From Narcine bancroftii (Eukaryota): a stretch of DNA of 64,000 nucleotides. Below, in pieces: positions 24,255-36,633 of the stretch. The DNA is taken from positions 82,646,001 to 82,710,000 of the forward strand of contig NC_091480.1 of the NCBI RefSeq assembly GCF_036971445.1. Reading direction: 5' to 3'. The position numbers and the translations under genes were made by a program. The notes beneath the pieces were generated by a model that was not told where the DNA came from, searched no databases, and saw only the letters and a list, made by a program, of their open reading frames with translations. The first letter of the stretch is position 1. Every line of letters begins with the position of its first letter.

Positions 24255-24406
24255 TGTGTTGGTTATATCATACACCACAATGGCAGCTTGTGCCCCCCTG
24301 TAATACATTGGTGCCAAGCTGTGATATCTTTCTTGCCCAGCAGTGTCCCAGATCTCAAATTTAACAGTTGTGTCATCCAAACAGACAGTCTGTGTTAGAA
24401 AGGCAG
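24255..24406 (-). CDS. RAB5C: RAB5C coding exon 2 of 5 (152 nt)
   Basis: [51 protein letters not shown] (G3 motif WDTAGQE). Boundaries cag / gtaagt. Confidence 0.97.
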
Positions 24407-27400
24407 CTGGAAGTAATATTTGATAGATCATTAATTCAGTTCAATGCATTCAGATCTCATACAAAACATTTGAAAAGTTCAAAATACATGGTTATAATCC
24501 TTCCACCTTCAAAAATCAGGTTTAATTGGAAATATCAAGCTAGAATCACACTCTAAAGGCCCTCAGTACAGGAAATGGTCCAGTTTTAATCCTGGGCAAT
24601 ACAACGCTGGATAATCCAATGGGATGTTACTCAAGAAATGGTCTTGTTCAGGCTTTGAGCAACTGTTCAATGCAAAAAAAAGATTGTGAATAAAATGAGC
24701 AAATTGGTCAAAATGTTTTGCATTGGTATTGGCAAAAACATTTTAAATACCATAGGTTGAAGTGCAAATGTTCATACTTCTCTTCCTTTCAAGTAGAATT
24801 TTAAAATTACTGGCAAATTTCCATACTCCAAAGACTTAAAATTGCTGAACATTCCATCAAAAGACAATTAAAAACCAAAGTACAACCAGTTATAATTCGA
24901 CCTCAAAGTAACTGAATAAGATCAGTTTTCCCAATTACCCATTTCCCTTCCTGACATTCAATGTTAATGCAGCTATTCTGCTAGGAGGTGCCTAATCTTT
25001 TATCTGGGATTCCGAACACCAGCAACCTCCAAAAACCAGCACTTTTTTCAGTAGATGACATCTGCTCATCAAATATGCTTTTTAAAAATAAATGCTGCCA
25101 GTAGATCACAGGAATTTCTCAGAAAATTCCTGCAACACAGGTGGTGTATAAAGTTTCAGGCTGGAATTAGAAACTAATTCCCATCCAGAATTTTTCCTGC
25201 AGCAGCCCTGGACATTTTTGCAGCCAGCCTGCAGCCTAAACTGAACTGCAGGCTGTCTGCAACAAGTTAATGAATACACCTGACCGCTTCATTCCTAGGT
25301 GACATGCCAAATTTCCTCCAAATGAGGATGTAGAGGCACTTGGTGTACTTCCTTGACCACTGTCAAAATGGTTGAACTCAGTCATTAGAGATGGTTAACA
25401 GCTCAACAAAAGTTGTCCTCATCTCCATTCTCATACTGTGGATTCTGTAGATCCCATGGGACTGAAAATGCAGTAACCTTGCTGCTCTCTCTCTACTACT
25501 CCCCCAGCGAAGATAAGAGTTTGAAAACACCACAGATTCAAGGATATTTTCGACCCCATTGTTAGACCATTGGCAAAATACTGTCCTTGCATTGTTTGAA
25601 TTGAACTTTAAGATCATAGTATGGACTTGTTTTGTACTGTTGTGTTCAAGGATAAGTTGACTTGACTGCATAACAAGGTTTTTCACTTTGTCTTGGTACA
25701 TGTAACAAATAATTCTATTCCAACTCATTGGTTCAAATCCCACTTTAGGTTGCAGAATTGGATGAACCTGCAGTCAGATGTTGCATTGGATCATGGGTTA
25801 AATTATTGGACTAGAAATTCAGATAATTGAACCAACTATAGAGGCACCATGGTTCAATTCCCACCACAGCAGTTACATCCAGACTGAATGCGACTAGCTT
25901 CTTTCCTCCATACACTGAGATACTAAACAAACTCAAAGATGCTCCCACAGCATCACTTGGATTCCTATAACCTTGGCTAGCACTTGTTGCACAGCCATTA
26001 ATAACATTATTATTCATCTTTTTTTACTTTTGCCAAATCTTGCATTGCAAAACACTGCAGTTAATTTAGGAAATCTATTAAAATGTGATACATTTGTACC
26101 ATGGCCTTCATTTGTACAAATACTCTTATTGACCGACTCAATTGAGCAGTTAGCCCACATTAAAACAGTTTCAACATCATTCCAATATCTTAATACATTT
26201 CACGCAGTTTGCAAATTTGCGTGGCATACTTGATTTTTGATACAACTGTGCTTTTATAAAACTAATTAAACTGATAAATTAAGACAAACAGCAGAGAAAT
26301 TAAATTCTCCATTTAACTTGGATTCACCTAAACTGTTTAAAGATAGGCCAGTATTCCTGCTGGCCCTATGCCAAGTTTCACATGCATACTTCTAGAAAGT
26401 AAACTTGTTACTGCTACATTAAATGAGAGCTTAGAATGACAAGTGGAAATATCTACAATAGCTGGAGATTCAAGCTTACTAGCTGCTTCACATCAGCTTC
26501 TTACGACCCAGTACCATCGTTACCCATGTGCAATATTCCGCCCCAAAAAAGCTCAAGCCTCTCTTTTTGCACAAATATTTTAAATTACCTTAGAGACTGA
26601 GAATTTGATATAACAGAACTTATTGGATGTTGTGTGGTATAACTTAATAGCCTGCACAAAAGCGTTGAACAGTGACGTGGGATATCTGCTGTTTGAAAAT
26701 TTCAAGATTCCTTTATTGTCATGTGATAAAACAGGTATAATATTACTAAAAAATTGCTTTATTCTGCCATTAGGGAGACAGATTTGCCATCAGCAGAAAT
26801 TGCTGGGCATCTCTTGGGGGAAAAAAAGGAAAATAATCTCTCTCTTCCCCCACCCCCCCCCCCCCCCCAAAAGTCACTGGGTGTTCATGAATTCATCTCC
26901 AGTGTTCCTACAGCCTCCATATTCACAAATTCCAGCCCAAGCCACTGGCAATCCAAACTCAAAATCGGCAGTCCAAAACCTGCATGGGTTTCTCGCCTCA
27001 AGACAACAACCTGCTGCTTGTGTTTTTCACTGTCCCTGTGGGTCGTCATCTCTGCTTCTTCTCAAACCTGGTTTTTTTTGGAGGGGAGGGGGGGGGGGGA
27101 ATCCTGCTGTGCTCTGAACCAGTCCACTGCTTCCTTGGAATCTGCAATCCCAAAGGCTGTTGCCAAACATAGACACTGCCATCTTGGGCCCAGACCCTGC
27201 AGTCGGAAGAGTTTAATATAAATCACCATCTACTCTGTTAAAGCCTGTACAGAGCTGCTGGTATTTGCAGAAGAGTCCCTCCTAACTCTCTGTAGGGCCG
27301 CACCAGCAGTGCTATCTTTTTCCACTGTAATTTTTTAAACATTCTTCCCCCCACCACACCAAGTAAATAATTAATAAATAAACTTGATGTGGTCAGAGTT

Positions 27401-27959
27401 TGTTCATACTTAGATTAAATATTCAATCTGTTTTAGTTCAGATTTTTGTTCCTCCCAATTAATGCCAGTAATTGGTAAAAATCAGGCATTTTTTTCAGTT
27501 AAATTAGCCTACTTATCAAATTGCAAGTCACTGTGTTGCTGGACAGTTCCTCTTTTACAGGAGGGGACGATGGAGGAAAACAACTCTGGTAACAGCCTTT
27601 TCAGTGGTGGACTGCAATCAAATTGATCTCCTTTCTTGAAAACTGCCTCCGATATATTCAGTACATTCTCTTCTTCCCAGAAGTGGGATTAGAGATTAGG
27701 AATTCCTGACTGAATACTGTCACCATCTGCTCCAAAAAATGTGCTGCTTTTCCGTTGATTATGGGTCCTTTGTCTTCTTGCTTCATACCACAGTGACATC
27801 AATTGCAAAATGCTGGAATGGGGTTATACCTCCTTTCATTTAATTGCGAGAAATGTGCCACTCTTGATAAATATTGCATAATTTTGATATTATCAACTAA
27901 AAGCAGCACATTTTTTGATACAAACATATGTATGCCCATAAAGTTCATATGAAACAAGA

Positions 27960-28370
27960 TTGACAGAGCTAGGGCTTTTCTCTTTGGTGGGGGGGGGGGG
28001 GGAAATGAAGGATAATAGGTAACTTAATAGAGGTAAATAAGATTATGAGGGGTTTAGACTTTTTTCCTGGGACAACAATAACAAATACTAGAGGACATCT
28101 GTTTAAGATGAGCGGAGGAAAGTTTAGGGGAGACGTCAGAGGCAAGTTTTTAAAAAAAACTGAGCCGTGAGTGCTTAGAATACATCCCCAAGCACGGTGG
28201 AGGCTGGTACAATAGGAACATTCAAAAGACTCTTAGATAGGCACATGAATGCAAGAAAAAAAGAGGGTTATGGGAGTGCGAAAGGGGAAAAAAGATTGTT
28301 GTGGAGTAGGTCAGCAAAACATGGGCTGAAGGGCCTGTACACTGCCGTAATGTTCCATGCTCTGTATCCT
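27960..28370 (+). mobile_element. CR1-like LINE 3' end
   Basis: RGNLIEVNKIMRG..., EAGTIGTFKRLLDRHM, and a typical 3' UTR (gggctgaagggcctgt). Confidence 0.75.
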
Positions 28371-29004
28371 GACTGTCTGTAAACAGCATGTTTCAGTAAC
28401 CCAACCATTGGAAATGTTACCTTTTAACATCTGCTCCTGCTTCAATTTATTCAAGTGCAACTTTTGCCCTCATGACAAATGCCAAAATTGTGACCGGAAA
28501 ACTCCATTTCACAAGGAGAACAATAAATTACCAATGGTCACCAGACAACTCTCTCGTGCTGGTTTTCATGTTTAGAAGCCATTTCCAAACGCTGTTGAAC
28601 AATAAACTTATCAAAGGTGTATTTACACAAATTTACAACCAGAGCATTAACAAAAAAAATCAATCTTGCAAAACTTCAAGCTGGCAGTACAAATTCAGGA
28701 GTTGGGACTTGACAACTTGAAGTACCAGGACTGCAGTCGACTCACATCCCTGCTTTGCACAGGAAGCTGTTATTATGGTGCATTATCTCTTGTTTAACAA
28801 ATGTGATGAGCCTTGGAAAGCGAACGATCTGACTAATTTCATTACAGACAGCAGAAATGTCAAACTTGCTCCATAAGGTGCAAATGCTTAATTTAGGAAG
28901 ACAAAAGTAATATTTTCATGCAAGTTGAGAAATGGCTCCATAAAAGTCTGAAATTCCAGCAAGCCCAAACCCAGGGCAACAGGGCTCTGCATAAATTGAA
29001 AATT

Positions 29005-29200
29005 TAGACTTTCATCATTTGGCCCATGAGCCTGTCCCACCCAATCCTAGCTAAATGACCTACAATCCCAGTACGTTTAAATGTGGGAGGAAACCCACGC
29101 AGACATGGGGAGAGCGTACAAGCTCAGACAGCTCCAGATTCTAACCCGAATCACTGGTGCTGTAACAGTGTTGTGCTAACCATTACATTAACCACTCTGT
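29005..29200 (-). mobile_element. tRNA-derived V-domain SINE (HE1-like)
   Basis: Minus strand carries the V-SINE core cttgtacgctctccccatgtctgcgtgggtttcc. Confidence 0.65.
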
Positions 29201-29325
29201 CCTGCATACTCATTGCACAACCTTCGCTGCATCAAGCAGCATTGGCTGATTACCTTATTAATTGATGCTAAAATCAGAGTGACCTCACCAAATGATTCAA
29301 ACATTGACTGTAAATTTTCACTTAC

Positions 29326-29497
29326 CTCCAATTGTGCTTTCTTGGTATTCATGAAACTGTCCTTTCACAAAGCGCAAAACAAGGCTGGATTTACCCACTG
29401 CTGATTCACCCAGGAGAACCAATTTAAACTGACAGATTTTGTTTCCAGCAGCTGGTCCATTGGATCGAGCCGTGCCACCCCGACCCCGACCCGCCAT
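29326..29497 (-). CDS. RAB5C: RAB5C coding exon 1 of 5 (172 coding nt; whole exon 29326-29597)
   Basis: gccATGG Kozak context. [57 protein letters not shown] (P-loop). The N- and C-termini match RAB5C rather than RAB5A/B. Exons sum to 657 nt = 218 aa + stop. Missed by the ORF track. Confidence 0.97.
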
Positions 29498-30949
29498 GGC
29501 CTAAAGTGCAGAGGCTTGCAGAAAAGTTCCGAGATTCAACAGCAGAAGTGATGCGTCAAGGCAGGGATTCCAGACACAGCTGTCAGCAAGTTTGGTACTG
29601 TAAAACACAATTAATAATACATGAAATATTTGTTGTACAGACACCCAGCCCAATGCACAGAAAAGTTTAAGAAATTTGATGAACGAGATGTTATTTTATG
29701 CATTGTAGATGCTGACTTCAGAATCTGCAGTTGTTATTCTCTTTCATTCAAGTTCCCATGCAAGAAAAATCTAATAATCTTCACCACTACACAAGTTTTC
29801 GATGATTTGAACATTAGGCCAGATGTTCTGCACATACACTCTGACCTTACAAGGTCTTAAAAAGGGAGACTTTCAGCCCAACAAGCTTTAATCAGCTCTT
29901 GGAGCTATCCCATATCCCCATTCATTTCCTGTGATTTATTCTTCAAATGACCATCAGCAACCTCAATTCTTCAACTACTACCCTTCACTGGGGTGAATTT
30001 ATAGTCGGCAATTAACCTTCCACGGACTCACCTTTAAGATGTGGGAGGAAACAAGGAGATTCAAGAGGCCCAGGGTGAACTTACAAAACTCTCTATTACC
30101 AGCAAAGTAACTTTGGGAACAGGGTACATGGTAGGACGAAAAATTGGGTTGCAGGTCAAAGTACAAGGTTGGAGAAGGAAGATTCTTTAGGAGTCATGAA
30201 GAATGCTGCAAGCAAAGTAGTTTCAAAGGGAGGTCGAAAGCAGAATAGCTCAAGGATAAAAGAGGACATCAGCTTAATAGGTAAATGGAGCTTTGCAACA
30301 GGAGGTGGAACACAATTATAGATTTTTGGAGTCTCCACAATGAATATAATTGTCTTAATAACTCAATACCATAGAGATAAGAGGGTAATCTAATTGAGAT
30401 GTCAATAGGAGATGATTTTTAAGGATGTGTAAAGTTACAATCCATAATTATCATAAAACAAATTGATCAGGATCAATGATTCTAAACAAACGAACAGGAG
30501 ACACCAGATTACAAATCAGGATTTTTAATCAAAGAAAATACCACAATAGTAGCTTCACTCTTATCATAAATAGCAAAAGGGAAATGTTTTGTTTGCAAGG
30601 ATTACAAAAAAACAACTTTGAAGGTTTGATCAGTTTAGGACATTTATATTGAATAAGTGCTTGAGGTTTATAGGAGAAAATTTAGCAAGTGAGGACAAAA
30701 AGCCATTAAGTGCTTTTGACAAGCAAGATTAAAGAGAATCCAGAAATCACAAGTGCAGAAAAACCCGCAGTATCTGGCACCTATAGGGATTGGTAGATGA
30801 CTGACAAGTAAATTTTCTGGTTGCTTGAGCCTTGCAAACTAACTGATGGGGGTGGGGAGCAATTTTAATTTTTTTTTTAAAAAACCCATTTATTTTCCTT
30901 TTTTTTTTGCCAGTTGCTTGAGGCTGTCAGCTGTTTGAATTCCAGATAA

Positions 30950-32720
30950 TGGGGATTTTACTATATATTGAAGCAAGAGGGCCTCTCAGGGAACCATGTG
31001 ATACAAGATATTAAATGATACTTCCCATTCACAAGAAATGAAGGCTTGAAGAGCTAAGGCACAGGTACCCCAACGTTCTGGAGCACATCAATATTAGGGG
31101 AAAATATAAGTAACAGATAATAATGGGAAGGAATGAATGAAGATAAATCCCCAAGGCCGAACAGAATCCATCTCAGGGTGCTAATGGAAATTGCTGGGAC
31201 TCAGAAGATTTTTGCATCTTCTTAAGCAGGGAAGGAAGAGACAGGAGGATAGATAACTTTGTCCTCTTGTTCAAGAGGAACAGAAGGGAATGAGTAATGC
31301 AGTTTCCAACAGTAGCCTGAAAACTATGTACCAGTAAACCTTTTTAATCATTGATAGGAAAGTTGAAGATTCTGAAGGCCAGGATTTACATTCACTTGGT
31401 GAAGCATGGATTGATTAGGAGGAATAACCATAATTTTGTGCAGAGGAAATTATGTCTCACAAATCTGACCACATTTTGTTTGAAGATAGTTGCTAGAAAA
31501 TTTAATGCAGAGCAGTAAATATTATTTACATGGACATTAATATGGATTTTGATAAATTCCCCAGATGGGTGGGGCACAACAGATTGGAGACGTGTTGGCA
31601 AATAGGATTCAAAATTTGCGTGGGTTAAAAGATGGTGGCAGAGGGGTGTTTTACTGACAGGAAATCTAACAGCATACTGCAGGGACTGATGCTGGTAAAG
31701 TTGTTTGTAATGTGTACAAGTAACTTGAATAAGAATATAGGTGGCTTGGTGGGCAAATCTGTAGATGGCAAAGATTGTCTAAGGATTCAGCAGATATAGA
31801 TCAGCTGAAATGCCAGGTGGAATTTCAATATTTTATGGTCATGTTACAAGACAGAAAATGTGATAGTAAATGAAATGTTCTTTAGTCTATCGCAAGGCAG
31901 ACTAAAGCCCCTTTCACACTTGCCAGTGATCCCAGGAATCGAACACCAGTCAGCCTTTAAAGTGGCAAGTCTGAAAGCAAAATCTGATCAACGCTGGCGT
32001 GAGATGACGTCGTCTCACGCCAATCCCCGGCATCTGCAGAAGCTGACGTTGAGATTAGGCAAGTGTGAAACAGACAGCAACATTGCAGGCACTTCCTATT
32101 AAAGGTAGAACAGACCAAATGCAGGTGTGAAAGCTTTCAGTGTCCCAGTTAGGAGTGGTCTAGTGTGAAAGGCCAAACCCCCATTCCTATCCCGGGACAC
32201 TGAATGGCCGGTTTACAGGGATGCAAGTGTGAAAGGGGCTTCAGACTCTATCAGCAGCGTCACCACTCTTTTCCCAAAGTGTGAAGTATTGCACCTCGGG
32301 AGGTCAAATTCTGATTGGCCATGTCGACTAAATGACAGGGACATTAGCTGCAATTGTAGTGGAGACACCTTGGGTAAAGTCCACAACTCCTTCAAAGTGA
32401 CATAGATGGACAGGGTAGCAAAGATGGTGTATGCTTTCCTTCATAGTCCAAGGCATCTAGCCCAAGAGTTAAGATGCAACATTGTGAACAATTCTGCTCT
32501 CCACAGTACAGGATGTGGTATCAATGGAGAATGCAGAAGAGATTTACCTGATATTACCTGGAATGGAGGGCCATAGTTATACATGGACAGATGGGTTTAT
32601 TTTCATTGAAACAAGAACCTGAATGGCAACCTCAGGTTTATAAATTATGAGTGGCAAGTTACAATGAATAGTTAGAAACTTTGCTCCATGGCAGAAAAGT
32701 TTAGGACAAGAATGTGCAGA
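30950..32720 (+). mobile_element. Highly decayed CR1 ORF2 region, interrupted by a MITE
   Basis: Remnants DKSPRPNRIHLRVL, PLFKR, HNFVQRKLCLTNL, and KCEVLHLGRSN. Confidence 0.6.
31906..32240. mobile_element. Non-autonomous DNA transposon (PIF/Harbinger-like MITE)
   Basis: Perfect 18-bp TIRs agcccctttcacacttgc / gcaagtgtgaaaggggct, flanked by TAA / TCA. Confidence 0.8.
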
Positions 32721-33158
32721 TCAAATATTAAAAATACAAATATTATACCACACCGAAAGATGTTTTTAATGTTGCCATAATTTAATTTTCCCCATAAATC
32801 AAAGATTGTCAAATGACATACAAAGAGACTGGAGGAATTCAACAGGTCAGGTAACATCCATGGAGAGAACTGATCAGTTTCAGCTAGGATCATTTATTGA
32901 GATTGTCAAATGATGCCCATTTGAAATGGTAGCCTGTAGATACTTTAAATGCAATATTAAGAAAACAAAATGTTCTGAAATGGAGTAAGAGGAAAATTGA
33001 GGTAGGTTTTTTTTAAGCAGAGATTAAGACAGATGCAGCAAGACAAAATAGATCAGGGAAAGATTTTAAATTCAAATGCAGCTGAAGGCTCTGTTAACAA
33101 AGATCCAAGATTATAGAAGAACAAAGCTGAAAAATTCTCAACTACAATTATTTTCAGA

Positions 33159-33296
33159 TTTTATACCTTAAATGGACGGGAGGGGGGGGGAGGTGGGATG
33201 GGGGGGGGGGGGGGGAGAAAATGGCACTGTATAAGGAAAAAGTGTGTACCATGGTTAATGTGATTTATGGTGTGAAAAATAAAACATTTAAAAAAA
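33159..33296 (+). mobile_element. 5'-truncated L1-like tail insertion with G-rich tract and poly(A)
   Basis: Perfect 18-bp TSD actacaattattttcaga (33141-33158, 33297-33314), AATAAA and an A tail. Confidence 0.85.
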
Positions 33297-34523
33297 ACTA
33301 CAATTATTTTCAGAGAACGACACCATCAACCAAAAATACATCAACTAGGATGTTAGTTCAACTCCCTCAAACAGCTAAATCTTGCACCAACAAGTTTGCC
33401 TTTATGCCATCAGCAATTTCTTGGGGTGGGAGGTAACACTGATTTGTAATCAAATTTTTCGCAATAGGCTTGACATTTTCAAATGGTTCTGACAAGACTA
33501 ATCACCTCTATGCAAAACCATCTTACCAAATTATCACTTCCACAGCATTAATTAAAAGCAGGCCAAGACATCACTGTCAAATTATACAAATATTTACACA
33601 AGCCCGATAGGTCCAAAAATCACATTTGAATGTTTTTAATAATATTCAGAATGCAAAATTTGGAAAGGAAGAAAGTCACCTCTTTTGAACAATTTCTGGA
33701 ACTACAACCCCCAACATAAATACACTAATTTTTGACTTTAAACTGTTAAAAATACAAAATAATCTCAAACATTGGTTGATTTGGGAAGTCGCCGGTCTAA
33801 AAAAAATCTCTGCTGACTCAACAGCACTTGGGTTAAACATGTTTAGCACAGGTAAAAGTCCTCCAGTCCACATTGCACTGAACCTGATGCAGAATTTATT
33901 GCAAGACTTTGCAGTCTGGACATGATATAGATCCTTCATAAAAGGGACAGTTGGAGAATGCCAGTAATCTAAACATTAGTACATTTTACATTAATTATAC
34001 ATTAGTACTGCAGCACTAGTGAAAACTCTGTTCAACAACCCCCAATTCCATTAAACTGTTACTGGTTTATGAAAAGTAACATGGATAAAGATCAGCATTA
34101 AACTGCCCTAAGAAAGTGATTCCTGCTTTGCAATTTGCTGTTAGCAATCACATTATGATTGTCTCAGTACCACAATACAGGGACAAACTGACGTTTTTCT
34201 TTAAAATTTGGGAGGTAAATCAAAAACATTGTTATTTCAGAAATGTTTCAATAAAAAGGCAAAAGCTTAGTTTTCACATTCCAAATTTGGACAGCGCTGT
34301 ACGAAAAGTTGCCAACATGAGTAGCTCTCTACTTTTCTACTGTTTTAATCACTTTGTGGAAATAGATTTTAAACTTTGGCTTGGCGACATCATCTCTGTA
34401 TCGCATATTTCATTGTCAATCACCCGAAGAGGATTAAAGTGGACAATGGTTTAAGATCAAGCTATTCATTGCTTACATAGCTACCCGAGCCACTGAAATC
34501 AAAGTAGATTAAATAGTCACTGT

Positions 34524-34740
34524 AAAGGCAAAGGTTCCATAATTGTCATGTAATATTACATTAACATGCATGAAATTCTTTTAATTTTTGTTTACTGTGA
34601 GACAGAGTTGCCACTTTGTTCAGCACCCCTCAGAAACCTACAGCATCTGGTGTTCCTAGGTGGTCTCCCCTCCAAGTACTGACCAGAACTGTGCCTGCTT
34701 AGCTTCTGAAATCAGACAATCTCAGACGTATTCAGCTATT
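34524..34740 (-). mobile_element. 5S rRNA-derived SINE (SINE3-type)
   Basis: 34634-34735 on the minus strand matches 5S rRNA (GAAGCTAAGCAGG..TGGTCAGTACTTGGAGGGGAGACCACCTAGGAACACCAGATGCTGTAGGTTT), fused to a ~110-nt LINE-like tail. Confidence 0.8.
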
Positions 34741-35296
34741 ATGTAAAATACATCAAAGCAGCTAAAAGTAATCAGTTCCTTCAGTCAATGTTTGCCTTTT
34801 TAAAACATTCATTTTTTTTTAAAAATATGTGGACAGATATTTGGAATTGCCAACCAGCTCAAATACCTTGGGGGGAGGGGGGGAAAAAATCTCAAATAAT
34901 AGGTAGATTTATTCCAGAAATTCTAGTTTAAAATTAAAAATATTTTGCAAAATGAAGAGAAGATTTAATTTTGAAAATGAGCTAAACTGACTCAAAATCT
35001 GAACATCTGGCTGTTCAACATATGGCTTTACTGTTTCTCTTTATTCATGTTATGGGACAATCTTTCAATACAAGAATGGACCCCACTCAACTGGTTACTC
35101 CACATTGAAGTGCAATAATTTTAGATAAAGTACCTCCACATAAACATTACACACTTGGGTTCAATATTATCTGTTGGGAGGGGTCAAAAGGTAATCCTTT
35201 ATGTTAATAACCTTTGATCCACATGCTTGTACTATTTACCACATCCCCAACGTCAGTAACCAACTTGGTGTAGATTAACAGGGACTGGTAGTAATA

Positions 35297-35637
35297 AAAC
35301 ACAAAAGTCTGCAAACACCATGGTTGAAGTAAAAACAACGCTAGAGAAACTCAAGAGGTCAAACAGTGTACTTTATATAGCAAAGACAAGATTGAGTAAT
35401 CAACATTTCAGGCAGAGCTCCTAACTTCTCTCACCTAGGCCCCGGCTGCCCTCGAGCTAGAGCTTCCAATGCAGACTCTCACCACGAGGCTCTCGACGAG
35501 CACTTACTGCAGTCCTGACCTCGCTGCTGGATCCCACAGGCTCATCCCCCACCACCAACACTTTAGTTATGTATCTTTATCTTTGCTATACAGAGTACGC
35601 TGTTTGACCTGCTGAGTTTCTCCAGCGTTGTGTTTTT
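35297..35637. mobile_element. Foldback element built from two inverted Penelope terminal repeats
   Basis: gagaaactcaagaggtcaaacagtgtactttatatagcaaaga (~35345-35387) pairs with tctttgctatacagagtacgctgtttgacctgctgagtttctc (~35580-35622). Confidence 0.7.
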
Positions 35638-36358
35638 AATTCTAACAGGCACTGGTAAACCTCCAGCAACCTGCCAATTTCTTCTAAATGTTAATAAAAT
35701 TAAACCTTCATAAATGGGAATGCAACCAAAAGTTCAATTTCATCTGTGGCAAATTCAACATGTGCTGGCTTTATTCAAGAATCACCAATTTAAAAAAGAT
35801 TGGAAACTCATTTTCACTTTTTGTAATCAAGTCAAAGAATCTATAGATTAAGAGAATGAAACCAAAACCTCCTGGACAGTCCAACTCACTTTTACTGCTG
35901 TGACACTTACCCATGTTCAAGGCAGGGAACAAAATGGATGACATAGCAACATCACCCAACAAGCATTGACAACTATCCAAATGTTTCCAAACTCAATTAA
36001 ACAAATGAAAACAAATAAACTTTAGCCTTACTAAAACACTGGGACAAACTGATTAGAAAGAAACTTCCCAGTTAATCCCAGGAAGGTGCTGGAATAGATC
36101 ACCTCACATGGGAGTGCAAAGCTGCATGTGGCGGGAGCTCGAATTAGAAAAAGTGTGAAGTGGAACACTACTGTTTCTGTTCCTTAGACAGAATTACATA
36201 GAACACCGATGCTACTTCCCATGGTGAAACAGCCTCCAAATTTCATGTGGTTACATCAACATAGAGTAGAATACTAAGGAAATTAAAAGCATTCTTAACC
36301 AAACATGACTCAAAAATCTTGATTTTAAAAAAGAGAAATGAACTTTGAGCAGTATGGC

Positions 36359-36633
36359 AGCCAAGAGTGAACTAATCAGGTATGCATTACCAATCGTATT
36401 TCTCTCTCATCGTGTTTTACAATGACCAATCCAAATCTAAGTTCCTGATAGCCAAGAGTGAACTAACCAGGTACGCATTACCAATCGTATTTCTCTCTCA
36501 TCGTGTTTTACAATGACCAATCCAAATCTAAGTTCCTGATAGCCAAGAGTAAACTAACCAGGTACGCATTACCAATCGTATTTCTCTCTCATCGTGTTTT
36601 ACAATGACCAATCCAAATCTAAGTTCCTGATAG
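36359..36633. repeat. Tandem repeat, 3 x 91 bp
   Basis: Units start at 36359, 36450 and 36541. Three variable positions in total. Confidence 0.97.

Noticed and set aside
27510-27800. Unique-looking segment in RAB5C intron 2 as a possible extra exon
   Set aside because: Short frames with no recognisable homology and no convincing splice-site pair.
34634-34735. Functional 5S rRNA gene
   Set aside because: 5' end missing or diverged, many substitutions, solitary, and fused to a retroposon tail.
36359-36633. CRISPR-like array or snoRNA cluster
   Set aside because: Eukaryotic context with no unique spacers. No convincing C/D or H/ACA boxes.
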